A stretch of 41,857 nt of DNA from a virus (taxonomy: Duplodnaviria; Caudoviricetes): positions 1-41,857 of the IMG/VR virus record IMGVR_UViG_3300050330_000101, one strand, 5' to 3'. Below are positions 1-9,219 of the stretch, in pieces; within the stretch, counting starts at the first letter, position 1, and each line of letters opens with the position of its first letter. The position numbers and the translations under genes are program-made. The notes beneath the pieces are model-generated. The model saw nothing but the letters and a program-made list of their open reading frames with translations. It was not told the DNA's origin and ran no database searches.

Positions 1-561
1 TCACGATACACCGCCACGCGGATCGACCACCACGAAGCCGGCGAGTGACCGGACGTGTAGGCGGGTCCTGCGCCCACCGCTGTTGGCGTCGTAGGCCAGC
101 ACACGCCCCCCGCCGAGCACCTGCTTGATGACGAAGACGTGGCCCCGCCTCGCGGCGACCATGCCCGGAGCCGGCGCGGCCCGTGGAAAGCGCAGCCAGT
201 TGGCGGCGAGCCAGAGCGAGCGGATCGGCCTGCCGAACACCTCTACGGCCGCCCCGCAGCCACAGAAGGCCCGCCGCGGGCAACCGGGCGGATGGGGCAA
301 GATCGTCGCTCCACGGCTCAGGAATGACCGCGCCGTCTCGGGCGGGTACATGGGCGAGCCGAACTCGACGCGCTCGAACCGCTTCGCGCGAGCGACGCGC
401 GCCTTGTCCCGCTTGATGATGGTGGTGGTTGACGCGATGCATGGCATCGTGACGTTGCAGTCGGGATGCAGCCCGGCCGACCAGCCCGGCACCGAGAAAA
501 ACAGCGAATAGGCAAACGCGCAGGCAAGCGCCAGCGCGCCGAGAAATACGGCTCGAAGCAT
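1..561 (-). CDS. Secreted protein with CHAP/NlpC-like Cys-His motif (putative cell-wall amidase/peptidase)
   Basis: Hydrophobic N-terminal signal; AFCGCG...LWLAANW...PAPGMVAARRGHV...DANSG resembles the CHAP Cys/His arrangement; follows the lysis genes. Confidence 0.5.
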   Translation of the reverse strand: MLRAVFLGALALACAFAYSLFFSVPGWSAGLHPDCNVTMPCIASTTTIIKRDKARVARAKRFERVEFGSPMYPPETARSFLSRGATILPHPPGCPRRAFCGCGAAVEVFGRPIRSLWLAANWLRFPRAAPAPGMVAARRGHVFVIKQVLGGGRVLAYDANSGGRRTRLHVRSLAGFVVVDPRGGVS

Positions 562-585
562 GACAGTCCTTTCAGGTGGTGGGGA

Positions 586-813
586 TCAGTGAGGCTTGAA
601 CCAGATCGCGATCTTCATCAGCGTCTCGCCGAACATCACGATGCCGGACAGAATGCCGAGCAGGCCAATGATGACCCACTTGATGAATGTGCCGACGGTT
701 CTGACTGCGTTCACCAGCCTGATCCCATCGGTCAGCGTGTCGATTTCCTCGTCGCGCAGATTTGTCAGGAACTCTTTGGTCCTCTCGGGGAGATCGTCGA
801 ATCTTTCGCTCAT
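586..813 (-). CDS. Small single-TM membrane protein of the lysis region
   Basis: ATG at 813 overlaps the upstream stop (ATGA); C-terminal hydrophobic helix WVIIGLLGILSGIVMFG. Confidence 0.6.
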   Translation of the reverse strand: MSERFDDLPERTKEFLTNLRDEEIDTLTDGIRLVNAVRTVGTFIKWVIIGLLGILSGIVMFGETLMKIAIWFKPH

Positions 814-1022
814 TTCGCCCCCCAGCCACAAAGCGCGACGCCGGCCGCATTGTGCTCCTTGATCTGCGCGACAGTTGCCGGCGTATCGGCCTTGGACCAG
901 TACACCGGCTTGAACGACTGGCAGGCCACCAGCGATGCGCTAGTCCCGCCGGAACCCGTCGTCTGACAGGATGCTGTCAGGGTCGCGAGCAAGATCAGCC
1001 CGGACAAGCTCACGAGCCGCAT
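810..1022 (-). CDS. Putative o-spanin (Rz1-like lipoprotein)
   Basis: MRLVSLSGLILLATLTASC lipobox; extra Cys residues; overlaps the 3' end of the i-spanin candidate. Confidence 0.7.
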   Translation of the reverse strand: MRLVSLSGLILLATLTASCQTTGSGGTSASLVACQSFKPVYWSKADTPATVAQIKEHNAAGVALCGWGAK

Positions 1023-1179
1023 TAGCCCGCGCAATGGCATCGTTTGCATCCTGTAGCCCCTTCGCGACGGCTGCGGCCGTCCCGGCGTCCATCCACTTCT
1101 TGCTGACCGCGTAGTCAGCGATCAGCTTGACGATGGACAGCAGCGCCGAGACGAGCCCGATAACGGTGGTTGCGGTCAC
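940..1179 (-). CDS. Putative i-spanin (Rz-like)
   Basis: N-terminal TM helix followed by an Ala-rich helical region; lies between holin and lipoprotein genes. Confidence 0.6.
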   Translation of the reverse strand: MTATTVIGLVSALLSIVKLIADYAVSKKWMDAGTAAAVAKGLQDANDAIARANAARELVRADLARDPDSILSDDGFRRD

Positions 1180-1181
1180 GA

Positions 1182-1367
1182 TCAGGCCGTGCGGTTACGG
1201 TCCCACACGAACCACCAGCCGACCGAGCCGAGCGAGAGCAGCGCGCCGACGAGCGTGGTCAGCATGTCCTCGGTCAGGTAGCCCTTGCCGACGAGAAGGC
1301 CGCCACCAGCGTTGAGCAGGATGCGAAGCACCTGCTGGATAGTTTGCCAGTCCATATTCATCTCCAT
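1182..1367 (-). CDS. Putative holin (small two-TM protein)
   Basis: About 60 aa, two hydrophobic segments, basic C-terminus, adjacent to the lysozyme gene. Confidence 0.65.
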   Translation of the reverse strand: MEMNMDWQTIQQVLRILLNAGGGLLVGKGYLTEDMLTTLVGALLSLGSVGWWFVWDRNRTA

Positions 1368-1408
1368 GGATGTGAGGATTTGCGCAGAAGCCGCTGCGCG
1401 CGGATCGG

Positions 1409-1945
1409 TCAGCCCTTGGCAAGCTTGAGCGCTTCGCCCACCTTGCCGGCGAACATCAGGCCCTCGGCCTTGCGGCGCCGGACAAGGCCGGCGAGCACCT
1501 TGCCGCCCGCCCTATTCCACTTTGCGAGCTCGGCCGGCACCGCAGCCTTGTTGCCGGCGTTGAGCTTGCGCCAGAGCATGGCCGTCGCAGGCCCTCCCGT
1601 GTTGAACGACCACGACACCAGCGCATCAAATTCGTGCTGGGCGATCGGAACCTTGGCGCGCTCCTGCACCCAGCGCTCAAACGTCGCCATGTCGCCGGCA
1701 AGGGCGGCATCGCATTCAGCCTGTGACCAGATACTGTTACCATCGAAGCGTGGCAGGTGATGATTGGTGTGGCCCCAACCGATGGTCAGAACGCTGGCGC
1801 TGTCCCGGTACGGCTTGAAGTATCCGGGGCGGCTCTTGATCGCTGTCATGCAGCTTTCAAACGCCTTGACCAGTTCGAACCCAGCCGGGCTCATCTTTGC
1901 AGGCAGCGCGGGTCGCGCCGCGGGGGCAGCGGGGGACATGTTCAA
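1409..1945 (-). CDS. Endolysin, GH24 phage lysozyme
   Basis: FES...YRD...TIGWGHT catalytic E/D/T motifs; QHEFDALVSWSFN; GLVRRRKAE C-terminal motif. Confidence 0.93.
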   Translation of the reverse strand: MNMSPAAPAARPALPAKMSPAGFELVKAFESCMTAIKSRPGYFKPYRDSASVLTIGWGHTNHHLPRFDGNSIWSQAECDAALAGDMATFERWVQERAKVPIAQHEFDALVSWSFNTGGPATAMLWRKLNAGNKAAVPAELAKWNRAGGKVLAGLVRRRKAEGLMFAGKVGEALKLAKG

Positions 1946-2014
1946 GCTCTCTCCGGATGGTGATCTGTGCAGAAACTATGTTAGCCTGCTGACCTCACAT
2001 TGGAGGGCAGCCGA

Positions 2015-2302
2015 ATGGACACGATGGCCATCAGCGCGCCTGCGATCTATTGGGCTCCAGCAGGCCTAGTTAGAGCGCTGCTGATGGCTCTCGGTATCGC
2101 GCTAGTTCTATCCGCAGCGATTAGTGACCCGTTCGAGAATGACGGGTCAAACAGATGTCGTCCGTTTACGATCGGTGTGTCGGCAATAGGCGGGCCCGAT
2201 CCGATCGGGCGATGCAGCCGATTTCACTCCGGTGCCAGATTGTCGCTGGATCGACATTTGGAGCCTGGCTTACTGCTCGGCGAGTCCGAGAGCCGCCTTT
2301 AG
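2015..2302 (+). CDS. Possible small membrane protein (opposite-strand moron)
   Basis: GGAGG upstream of ATG 2015; hydrophobic LVRALLMALGIALVLSAAIS; fills the gap between tail and lysis genes. Confidence 0.35.
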   Translation: MDTMAISAPAIYWAPAGLVRALLMALGIALVLSAAISDPFENDGSNRCRPFTIGVSAIGGPDPIGRCSRFHSGARLSLDRHLEPGLLLGESESRL

Positions 2303-2602
2303 ACCATCAATCGTCAAACCGACTGAGGCCAGTTTCTCATCAATCGATGCCGGCTGCGGCTCCGGCCTTGTGACAACGGTTTTTTGGCCATCGAATAAAA
2401 TCGATTGCGCGTCGTCATAACTCAACCAACGCTCAACAAGCCGGACGCCCTCGTAATCCACGTTAACATCCGGACAATGCACGTCGTCGCCGCTTGGGAG
2501 GCGGATCGCGCTCGGCACACCTTGCGTCTGTCCGGCGGTGTCGCCAAACACCTGAATCTCATTGCCCTGCGTATCGACCAGCGAATATCCGACTTGCTCC
2601 AT
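2270..2602 (-). CDS. Hypothetical tail-associated protein (possible fibre chaperone)
   Basis: Acidic 110 aa ORF starting 1 nt after the stop of the Gly-rich tail gene. Confidence 0.6.
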   Translation of the reverse strand: MEQVGYSLVDTQGNEIQVFGDTAGQTQGVPSAIRLPSGDDVHCPDVNVDYEGVRLVERWLSYDDAQSILFDGQKTVVTRPEPQPASIDEKLASVGLTIDGLKAALGLAEQ

Positions 2603-2603
2603 T

Positions 2604-3725
2604 TCACATCCCCATCATTGCGAGATTGAACCCAACGGTCGGCTTCGGCGTGAAGCTCAGAATCAAAATCCCCGAGCCGCCCGCGCCACCAGCAGCGCCG
2701 GAGGAATTACCACCTCCACCGCCTCCGCCACTCCCGCTATTTGCCGCCGCGGCGGTGCCGCTGGTCGACCCACTGGCAGCGCCACCATTCCCGCCGCCAG
2801 CTTGCCCGCTGCCCGCCCCAGCCGTAGACCTGTCCACACCGGGGCTACCTCCACCACCGCCGCCCGCATAGTCTTGCGATGTTCCAGAAATTGACGATGT
2901 GGTGCCGCTGCCTCCGTTTGGCGGGAAAGATGTGCCGTTACACGTCACGCCAGCCGACGTTGAGCCTCCACCCCCTCCAGTGTTTCGCAAGGTATTCCCG
3001 ATGTTACCTGCATCGGAATTGCCGCCGGCATTGCCTTGGCCTGCCGTCCCCGCACCGCCGGTGCGGCCTTCTCCATTATTTCCGTTCGAGCCAGCTCCCC
3101 CGCCAGAGCCGCCTGATTTGCCAGACCCGGATGAAATATAGCTGCCTCCACCGCCTCCAATTGCTGTGGAGCCACCGAAAACTGAATTTCCGCCGTTGTT
3201 GCCGTCTCCAGTCGTCGCCGTACCACCGGCTCCGATGGTGACCGTGTAGTTGTTGCCAGGTGTCACCGCGGCGTTTGTCGTGGCGATAAGACCGCCGGCG
3301 CCTCCACCACCACCGCGGTTAGTCCCGCCAGATCCACCGCCGGCACAAAGTAAAAAGTCGGTTGCGAGGACACGTGCTGGCGCGGTCCATGACGTCGTAC
3401 CAACTGACGTAAAGGATACGACCGTCGCAAACTCATACACGACGCCTTCGATTTCACGGATCGAAGGGCAATATGCTGGCTGCGTAACGATGAAATCTTG
3501 ATAGTTGAGCGCATTTGACTGCAATCGACTCCAGAAGCGCCATGCGTCGATCTCGTCGTTGATGTTGCCAATCCACAGCACCACGCCGCCGCGAGATTTT
3601 GCCGTGATCTTCCAGTGCTGGGAACGACCCGACCGCGAGTGCTCTTTTGATTGCGAAAGCAGCCATCCAATCCGGAGTTCGTCGCGCTCTGACAGATGAT
3701 GGATGTCACGGCCGAACAGTCTCAT
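2604..3725 (-). CDS. Glycine-rich tail fibre/receptor-binding protein
   Basis: AGGGSGG...GGGGAGG...VTIGAGG...GSGILIL pattern of phage glycine-rich domains; ATGA-coupled to the upstream fibre gene. Confidence 0.75.
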   Translation of the reverse strand: MRLFGRDIHHLSERDELRIGWLLSQSKEHSRSGRSQHWKITAKSRGGVVLWIGNINDEIDAWRFWSRLQSNALNYQDFIVTQPAYCPSIREIEGVVYEFATVVSFTSVGTTSWTAPARVLATDFLLCAGGGSGGTNRGGGGGAGGLIATTNAAVTPGNNYTVTIGAGGTATTGDGNNGGNSVFGGSTAIGGGGGSYISSGSGKSGGSGGGAGSNGNNGEGRTGGAGTAGQGNAGGNSDAGNIGNTLRNTGGGGGSTSAGVTCNGTSFPPNGGSGTTSSISGTSQDYAGGGGGGSPGVDRSTAGAGSGQAGGGNGGAASGSTSGTAAAANSGSGGGGGGGNSSGAAGGAGGSGILILSFTPKPTVGFNLAMMGM

Positions 3726-4975
3726 TGCAGCGCCTTGATGACGTAGGTCGACACTGAATTGATGCGTCTGATCGAGACGATAAACTTATTTGTATTGGTT
3801 GTCGTAAGCGCGTCTCCGGTATTTCCACTCGCAACCGTGAAGCCTGAGAATGTTATCGATCCGGCAGACGCGCCATTTGTGATAAGAATATCTATGGCGC
3901 AATCGCTCGATGGCGCAGCCAGCGTATGCGCGCCGTTATTGGTATAGTATTGATAGTTTCCGAGGGCTGGGTCCGGCGTCAGGGTTCCGCTCGAAATAGT
4001 TCCAATAGAATTAGGTGCGAGCGTAAAGCCCTTTGACACTGTCGAAGTCGTGTCGGCCTTCATAAAATCGGTGCCGGCCGTGGCCCCTGTCAGGCCACCC
4101 GAACCGTCCGCCTTTTGAATCTCGGAACCTGACGTGGCGGGAAGATAGTCATCATTGGGTGAAGCCGAGACAAGCTTTGTCCCATCAGACTTCACCATTC
4201 CAGATGGCGGTACGCCGGCGATAGAACCGAACGTGATCCCGCTCGACCAGTCACCGCTGGCCGCCGACAGCTTGAAGTAGAGCGTCGGCAGATCGTCGTT
4301 CGACGAATCCTCCTCGACCAGAACGGCGAAGTTTTTTGCGGCGCCATCATAGGCGGCGCGCCCGGCGAGGTCGGGCACCACTTCGTCGGGAGCAAAGGCT
4401 TCTCCCCGATCCCCTTTCGGCAAGGTGAGGTTCAGGAACTGATTTGGCGCATCTCCGGTAACGCTCGCGTCCGCCTCGTCGCCACCGGTGACAGTGCCGA
4501 TCTCGAGGGTGTTCGCTGGACCCGGCACGGTGCTGTCGTCGCCCGGATCGCCCTTGTCTCCCTTCGGGCCAGCAATGGACGAGCCGGCAGACCATCCGCC
4601 GCCGTTCACGCGAACATACAAGAGCGAGGTGTCAGTCCCGAAATAGGTAAAGCCCGGATCTTCGCTATCGAAGTCATCACGATCCGCGAGAGGTCCCGCG
4701 GCATTGATCGCGATCCCCGCGCCGCTCGATATGATCTTCCAGACACCGCCACTTCCATCGACGATGATGGATGCGCCGTTATCCTCGCTCGTCGTGTCGC
4801 TGGTATCGCGGTAGAAGAACGCAATAAGCGTTTGGATATAGACCAGCCAGAACGTCGAGCCATCGAGAGCCCGCAGCGCATCGGGATTTCCAAGGCGAAG
4901 CGGTAGATAGGCGCGTGCATTCGCCTTCTCGACCGCAACGCCATCTTGAAATATCGGATGCGGATTGCCAGTCAT
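3722..4975 (-). CDS. Tail fibre protein with short collagen-like repeats
   Basis: GPKGDKGDPG and LTLPKGDRG motifs; position in the tail module. Confidence 0.75.
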   Translation of the reverse strand: MTGNPHPIFQDGVAVEKANARAYLPLRLGNPDALRALDGSTFWLVYIQTLIAFFYRDTSDTTSEDNGASIIVDGSGGVWKIISSGAGIAINAAGPLADRDDFDSEDPGFTYFGTDTSLLYVRVNGGGWSAGSSIAGPKGDKGDPGDDSTVPGPANTLEIGTVTGGDEADASVTGDAPNQFLNLTLPKGDRGEAFAPDEVVPDLAGRAAYDGAAKNFAVLVEEDSSNDDLPTLYFKLSAASGDWSSGITFGSIAGVPPSGMVKSDGTKLVSASPNDDYLPATSGSEIQKADGSGGLTGATAGTDFMKADTTSTVSKGFTLAPNSIGTISSGTLTPDPALGNYQYYTNNGAHTLAAPSSDCAIDILITNGASAGSITFSGFTVASGNTGDALTTTNTNKFIVSIRRINSVSTYVIKALQ

Positions 4976-5328
4976 CAGTTCAATTCCTCAAAAGCATCCT
5001 TGATCTGCTCATGCGTGGTGATCTCTCCCCCCTCGATGGCGAGATCGACGTCTTTGTTCTTGTCGAAGCAAGCTTGAATGTGCGCCGTGACTGCATTGCC
5101 GATGGCGATGATCTTGTCCCGATCCAAGGTGACGTAGACGCCCGCCGAAACCTTCCAGTTCGGGATCGAAAAGGTTTCGTCCTGTACCGCGCGGATGTAG
5201 GCGGCGGTGAGCACGGCCCTTGTCTGGTCGTCGGTCGGAATTTCGACGCCATCCAGAATAATCCCGGCATTCTCCGCGACATATCGCGCCGTTGCCGCCC
5301 ATGTCAGGAGCGTCTGACGGTCAGCCAT
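4975..5328 (-). CDS. DUF4376-like tail-associated protein
   Basis: R...E..GI..DG..I.TD..T...L...NWK.....V.L...I.AIG.AV..HIQACF pattern. Confidence 0.75.
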   Translation of the reverse strand: MADRQTLLTWAATARYVAENAGIILDGVEIPTDDQTRAVLTAAYIRAVQDETFSIPNWKVSAGVYVTLDRDKIIAIGNAVTAHIQACFDKNKDVDLAIEGGEITTHEQIKDAFEELN

Positions 5329-6632
5329 TAAGCAGCCTCCTCGACGCTCAAGGTGCGCCGTGTGAGCGTGTTCGCGTCACAGGTCACAGGACCAGGCGAG
5401 ACGAGCGAGATTATCGCTACCTTGTAAGCGTGGGCGGAGGCGTCAGACGTATCGACCTCGAACGCGTACTCCAGATGCGATGGTTGTAATTGGGCGCCAA
5501 GCATACTCAATGCTTTGACCGCCGGCACTTGTGCCCAAGCGATGGCGTTCGATTCTGCATCCCGAAACAAACCGACGACTATGTCTGATCCCGAAACGGG
5601 CATCGAAGAATACTGGAAGATGCAATCCGCCGAATATCTGAATCGGAGTCGTGCACCCGACTTTTTCGCCGTATACGTCAGCGACGCATCATCGATCAGC
5701 CGCCGATGCGATGTCGTCGGCGCTGTCGTGGCGGAATAGGTATACCCGCTCGACCCGCTCGGCGCCGTGGTTGAACCGGATGCGGTCTGCACCGACTTGC
5801 GGTCGATCCAGGAGCCAGCCGCCGATACCCATGCCGATCCGGTATAGCGAAATTCGGTGCTGTCGGCCTTGTTGTAAGCCAGCCAGCCATTTCCGGGCGC
5901 GTAGATCGTGAACGTGTTGACAACCTCGCAGATCGCGATCTTGCGGTCATGCCCCGCCCACGCACCCGTCGCGCTCGCGCCGATGACGTAGGCCACCCCT
6001 ACCGCGGCCGTACCGGGCGGCGACATGGTAGTCATGTCTTCAACGATGATCCGCCGGCCGAAGTTGATCGCGGCGGACAGCGGGACGGACGCGGCATCGA
6101 ATGATCGCGCGCCTGGCCCATAGGACCATCCATCGCTGTAATAGCCCTTGAAGCCGCCGATATCCTCGATCAGCAGCCACTTGCCGATGGCCGGGGTCTC
6201 AAAGCGCCAGCCATTCCGCGTCCAGATCGCGAGGTCATCCTGATGGGAGGACCATGCCCCGCTTGCGCCGGACGGCACGAGATAGACGTCGCCAAAAGAG
6301 GGGGCGTCAGGCGGATCGGAGACCGCGTCGCTCAGCGCCGAGCGAATATGAAAATCAAGCTCCTCGACCTTGTACCGATAGCTATCGGCTGTCACGATGA
6401 CGGCAACGCCATCGTGGTCGGATGTCATGTCGTCAGGATCCAGCCAGAACAGCGCACCATTGAACGCCAGCACTTGAGGCAGAGCGCCAGTATCGTCATC
6501 CAGCGCATTGAACGTGCTTGGATCGTCGGATGGCTCGAATGTGAACATCATCCGCTTGATCAGAAAATTCCGCAGCAGCGGTGAACTCGCCTGCCCTCCT
6601 GAGGGCAGCGCGCTGATGACTTCACTATCCAT
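5328..6632 (-). CDS. Tail protein with two DUF2793-like repeats
   Basis: Two copies of PP....G..Y.(V/I)..(G/S)A.GAW..H...(L/I)AI. Confidence 0.75.
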   Translation of the reverse strand: MDSEVISALPSGGQASSPLLRNFLIKRMMFTFEPSDDPSTFNALDDDTGALPQVLAFNGALFWLDPDDMTSDHDGVAVIVTADSYRYKVEELDFHIRSALSDAVSDPPDAPSFGDVYLVPSGASGAWSSHQDDLAIWTRNGWRFETPAIGKWLLIEDIGGFKGYYSDGWSYGPGARSFDAASVPLSAAINFGRRIIVEDMTTMSPPGTAAVGVAYVIGASATGAWAGHDRKIAICEVVNTFTIYAPGNGWLAYNKADSTEFRYTGSAWVSAAGSWIDRKSVQTASGSTTAPSGSSGYTYSATTAPTTSHRRLIDDASLTYTAKKSGARLRFRYSADCIFQYSSMPVSGSDIVVGLFRDAESNAIAWAQVPAVKALSMLGAQLQPSHLEYAFEVDTSDASAHAYKVAIISLVSPGPVTCDANTLTRRTLSVEEAA

Positions 6633-6637
6633 TGAGA

Positions 6638-8245
6638 TCAGCTCACATCAAGGTCTGGCAGCTCGAACGGCTGCAACGGGTAATTTCTGACCGCGATCGT
6701 CGGGTCGTATTCGCGCAGCCCCAAGGACAGACCCGAAAAGTCATCGAGAAATCCCATGGTCTCGACTGCGTATCTGCCGTTCATTTGTGGATACAGGCGG
6801 GAATCAACCCTCACCGCCCTACCGGCGCCGATGGCGTCGCCTATCGCCTTGATCTTAATGTTACAGTTCAGGCTCTTCTTGAGCCTGGCCTCGTCGATGT
6901 ACTGGTTCGACAGGATCTGCACCATGTCGGAATCGGAGGTGAACGGCAGTCGCAAGGTGCGCGGTATCAGTTCGTCATCTTCCTCGATCAAGTCATCGCG
7001 GGTTACGACGGGACCGTCGACGTCCTGGTACTCACGATCCGCTGCCGAAAAACGGCTGGCCTCCTGGTTGACAAGATCAGCCTTGGCGCGATCGCACTGA
7101 AATTCAAATCCGCCCAACAACATATCGTCGTCGATCGTCGTCACCGGCTCGCGCGGCTGGGATGAGCCTATCCAGCCAAAGCCGCGATCCTGCACGCAGA
7201 ACCCGCGGTTCGCGGTTAACATCGCCTCCAGCGCCGTTCGAGGGCTTTGATCCAGAGTCACCATGCCATCAATTTGATGACCTCGCTCCTCGTCAAACTC
7301 CGCGGCGCGGCCGATCTCGTCCCAACGGATGCGACCGGGCGGATAGTTCACACCGTCTGGATGCCCCAGCCAGTCCGCCTGAGCCAAGGCGGCGGTGCGA
7401 CCCACTTCGCGGCCGTTGTGGATGTATTTCCACGAGGACATGGCATCGGCGACGTCCTCGGCGTCCCGCCAATCCAAGGGATAGCGCTGCGACGGATCCC
7501 GCGGATCGTAGAGCGGCATCCCGTCGACATCGATAAGTGGATTTGGGACCGAAACGCCCTGCCCCCACATCGCCTCAAATTCTTCCGCACTGTCGCCGAA
7601 GTCGAAGCGAAAGTTGGCGCGCGCGATACACCGCTGGCGAAAGGACGATTCAAGATTGGGAAAGTCGCTGGCGAGAAGTGGACTTATGCCTTGATCATCG
7701 AGACCCGCGCCGAAATCCATGTGAAGTCGCGAGACACCCGACTTGACGTAAATCTGACCTTCAACCGGGAGCGGCGTCAGGATGGTATCGAACGCAAAGG
7801 ACGAGAGCATGATGTCGTTGGTACTGATGTGCAACCCACGCACGCCGCTGACGCGCCGATCCGACAACAGAAGCTGGAGATAAAGGTATGGCGGCTTGCT
7901 GTCGTCGAAAAACGACACGGCGCCGCCGACCCGCGAGCGTCCATATATCCATCTCTTGATCGGCGACGATTGCTGGACGCTGCCGCGCGCCTCGGGCGAA
8001 TTGATGGTCGCTGCGTCCCCGATGCCGCCCCCCTTCGGCTTGTTGATCGCGGCGAGCGCGTAGTTGGCGCCCAGCGCGAGGCCTCCGAGCGCGATACTGC
8101 CGATCGCGCCTCCGAGCGTCAGCCCGAGAATGAGCGGCGTGGATGCCAGGCCGCCGGCGCCGACGAAGCCGAGGATCGTTGCGCCGATCGTAAACGGGTC
8201 CTGCGGCACGTCGCGGGGCCGGCCGCCGCTGTAATACTGCCACAT
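6638..8245 (-). CDS. Tail tip / host-specificity (gpJ-like) protein
   Basis: WIYGRSRVGG and LYDPRD motifs typical of central tail-tip proteins; module position. Confidence 0.75.
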   Translation of the reverse strand: MWQYYSGGRPRDVPQDPFTIGATILGFVGAGGLASTPLILGLTLGGAIGSIALGGLALGANYALAAINKPKGGGIGDAATINSPEARGSVQQSSPIKRWIYGRSRVGGAVSFFDDSKPPYLYLQLLLSDRRVSGVRGLHISTNDIMLSSFAFDTILTPLPVEGQIYVKSGVSRLHMDFGAGLDDQGISPLLASDFPNLESSFRQRCIARANFRFDFGDSAEEFEAMWGQGVSVPNPLIDVDGMPLYDPRDPSQRYPLDWRDAEDVADAMSSWKYIHNGREVGRTAALAQADWLGHPDGVNYPPGRIRWDEIGRAAEFDEERGHQIDGMVTLDQSPRTALEAMLTANRGFCVQDRGFGWIGSSQPREPVTTIDDDMLLGGFEFQCDRAKADLVNQEASRFSAADREYQDVDGPVVTRDDLIEEDDELIPRTLRLPFTSDSDMVQILSNQYIDEARLKKSLNCNIKIKAIGDAIGAGRAVRVDSRLYPQMNGRYAVETMGFLDDFSGLSLGLREYDPTIAVRNYPLQPFELPDLDVS

Positions 8246-8665
8246 CTATTTTACCCGCCACGCCCGCGCGACCTGTTCGGTCGGGACCCCCGCAAAGCCC
8301 GTCATGGTGCGGCCGACCCACAGCGCGGTGTGCCGGATCAATCCGCATCGCGGACTGTCCTTTCCGATCAACAGCCCGACGTCGCCAACCAAGGCCTTGC
8401 GCGGTTCGATCTCGTTCCAGCCGTTCGACTCGGCCACGAATTCAAACGCGCCGGCGAAGCCGCCGAACCCGCGCGTCACCCGTGCCGCGCCGCGCGCGGT
8501 TCTGTATCGATCCCGGAACAACAACGCCGGATCATATCCCCGCGCGCGCCAAACGATGTCCGCGAGCGACAGGAAGCAGTCACCGCCTCCCCAGGAGAAC
8601 GGCACGCTGCACCAGATATCGATCGCAGCCGCGATCTCGCCTGCCAGCGCCTCCCGCTTTTTCAT
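8246..8665 (-). CDS. Tail tip assembly protein, NlpC/P60-like (DUF6950-like)
   Basis: PFSWGGGDC and GDVGL motifs; ATG at 8665 coupled (TGATG) to the upstream stop, so the longer track start is unlikely. Confidence 0.7.
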   Translation of the reverse strand: MKKREALAGEIAAAIDIWCSVPFSWGGGDCFLSLADIVWRARGYDPALLFRDRYRTARGAARVTRGFGGFAGAFEFVAESNGWNEIEPRKALVGDVGLLIGKDSPRCGLIRHTALWVGRTMTGFAGVPTEQVARAWRVK

Positions 8666-9219
8666 CACGCCGATTTCCGCCAGTTCGACTGCTTGTTTGC
8701 CAGAAGCGGGATCTGGCTCAGTCCCGTGTCGTCTGGGAATCGCGCAATCTGCGATTCGTGGGTCCATGCCTTGTTGACGGCGCGCTCGATCGTCCAGAAC
8801 CCGACATTGACCGTGATCTCGATAGTGACCAATCCGTCATCCGCCACCCTAAGCGTCTGGTAATCCATCTTATCGTCGATGAGCTGATATGGCTCACCGA
8901 CAACCTTGTTGCGCGAGATCGCAGCCAGCCAGATCTTGACAGCACGATTCCGGACGTTCGCACTCAGAAACTCGGTCGACGTCGGCGGCACGCCCCGCAA
9001 AGATAGCGTGATCTGCTTGACCTCGAGCGTTGTCGTCTTCGACACGCCCGACACCTTGCCGAGGATGCCGACGCCGCGGAACGTCTCGCCGTTCCAGGTG
9101 AGGTTACCGCTGCGCGACCATAGCCGCACCTCGGAGTCTGGATGATCGAGGTATGCCAGCAGCGCCACCTCTCCGCCGCGACGAAGATGCCGGCGGAAGC
9201 GAACGTCCATCACTGCCAC
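8665..9219 (-). CDS. Minor tail protein (hub/gpL-like)
   Basis: VRLWSRSGNLTWNGETFRGVG and WTHESQ..RFPDDTG motifs of siphophage minor tail proteins. Confidence 0.65.
   Translation of the reverse strand: MAVMDVRFRRHLRRGGEVALLAYLDHPDSEVRLWSRSGNLTWNGETFRGVGILGKVSGVSKTTTLEVKQITLSLRGVPPTSTEFLSANVRNRAVKIWLAAISRNKVVGEPYQLIDDKMDYQTLRVADDGLVTIEITVNVGFWTIERAVNKAWTHESQIARFPDDTGLSQIPLLANKQSNWRKSA

Noticed and set aside
2604-6632. Diversity-generating retroelement or invertible tail-fibre cassette
   Set aside because: No reverse transcriptase or invertase, and no TR/VR pair or inverted crossover sites noticed by eye
7247-8863. 538-aa plus-strand ORF
   Set aside because: Antisense shadow of well-supported tail genes in high-GC DNA; no recognisable motifs
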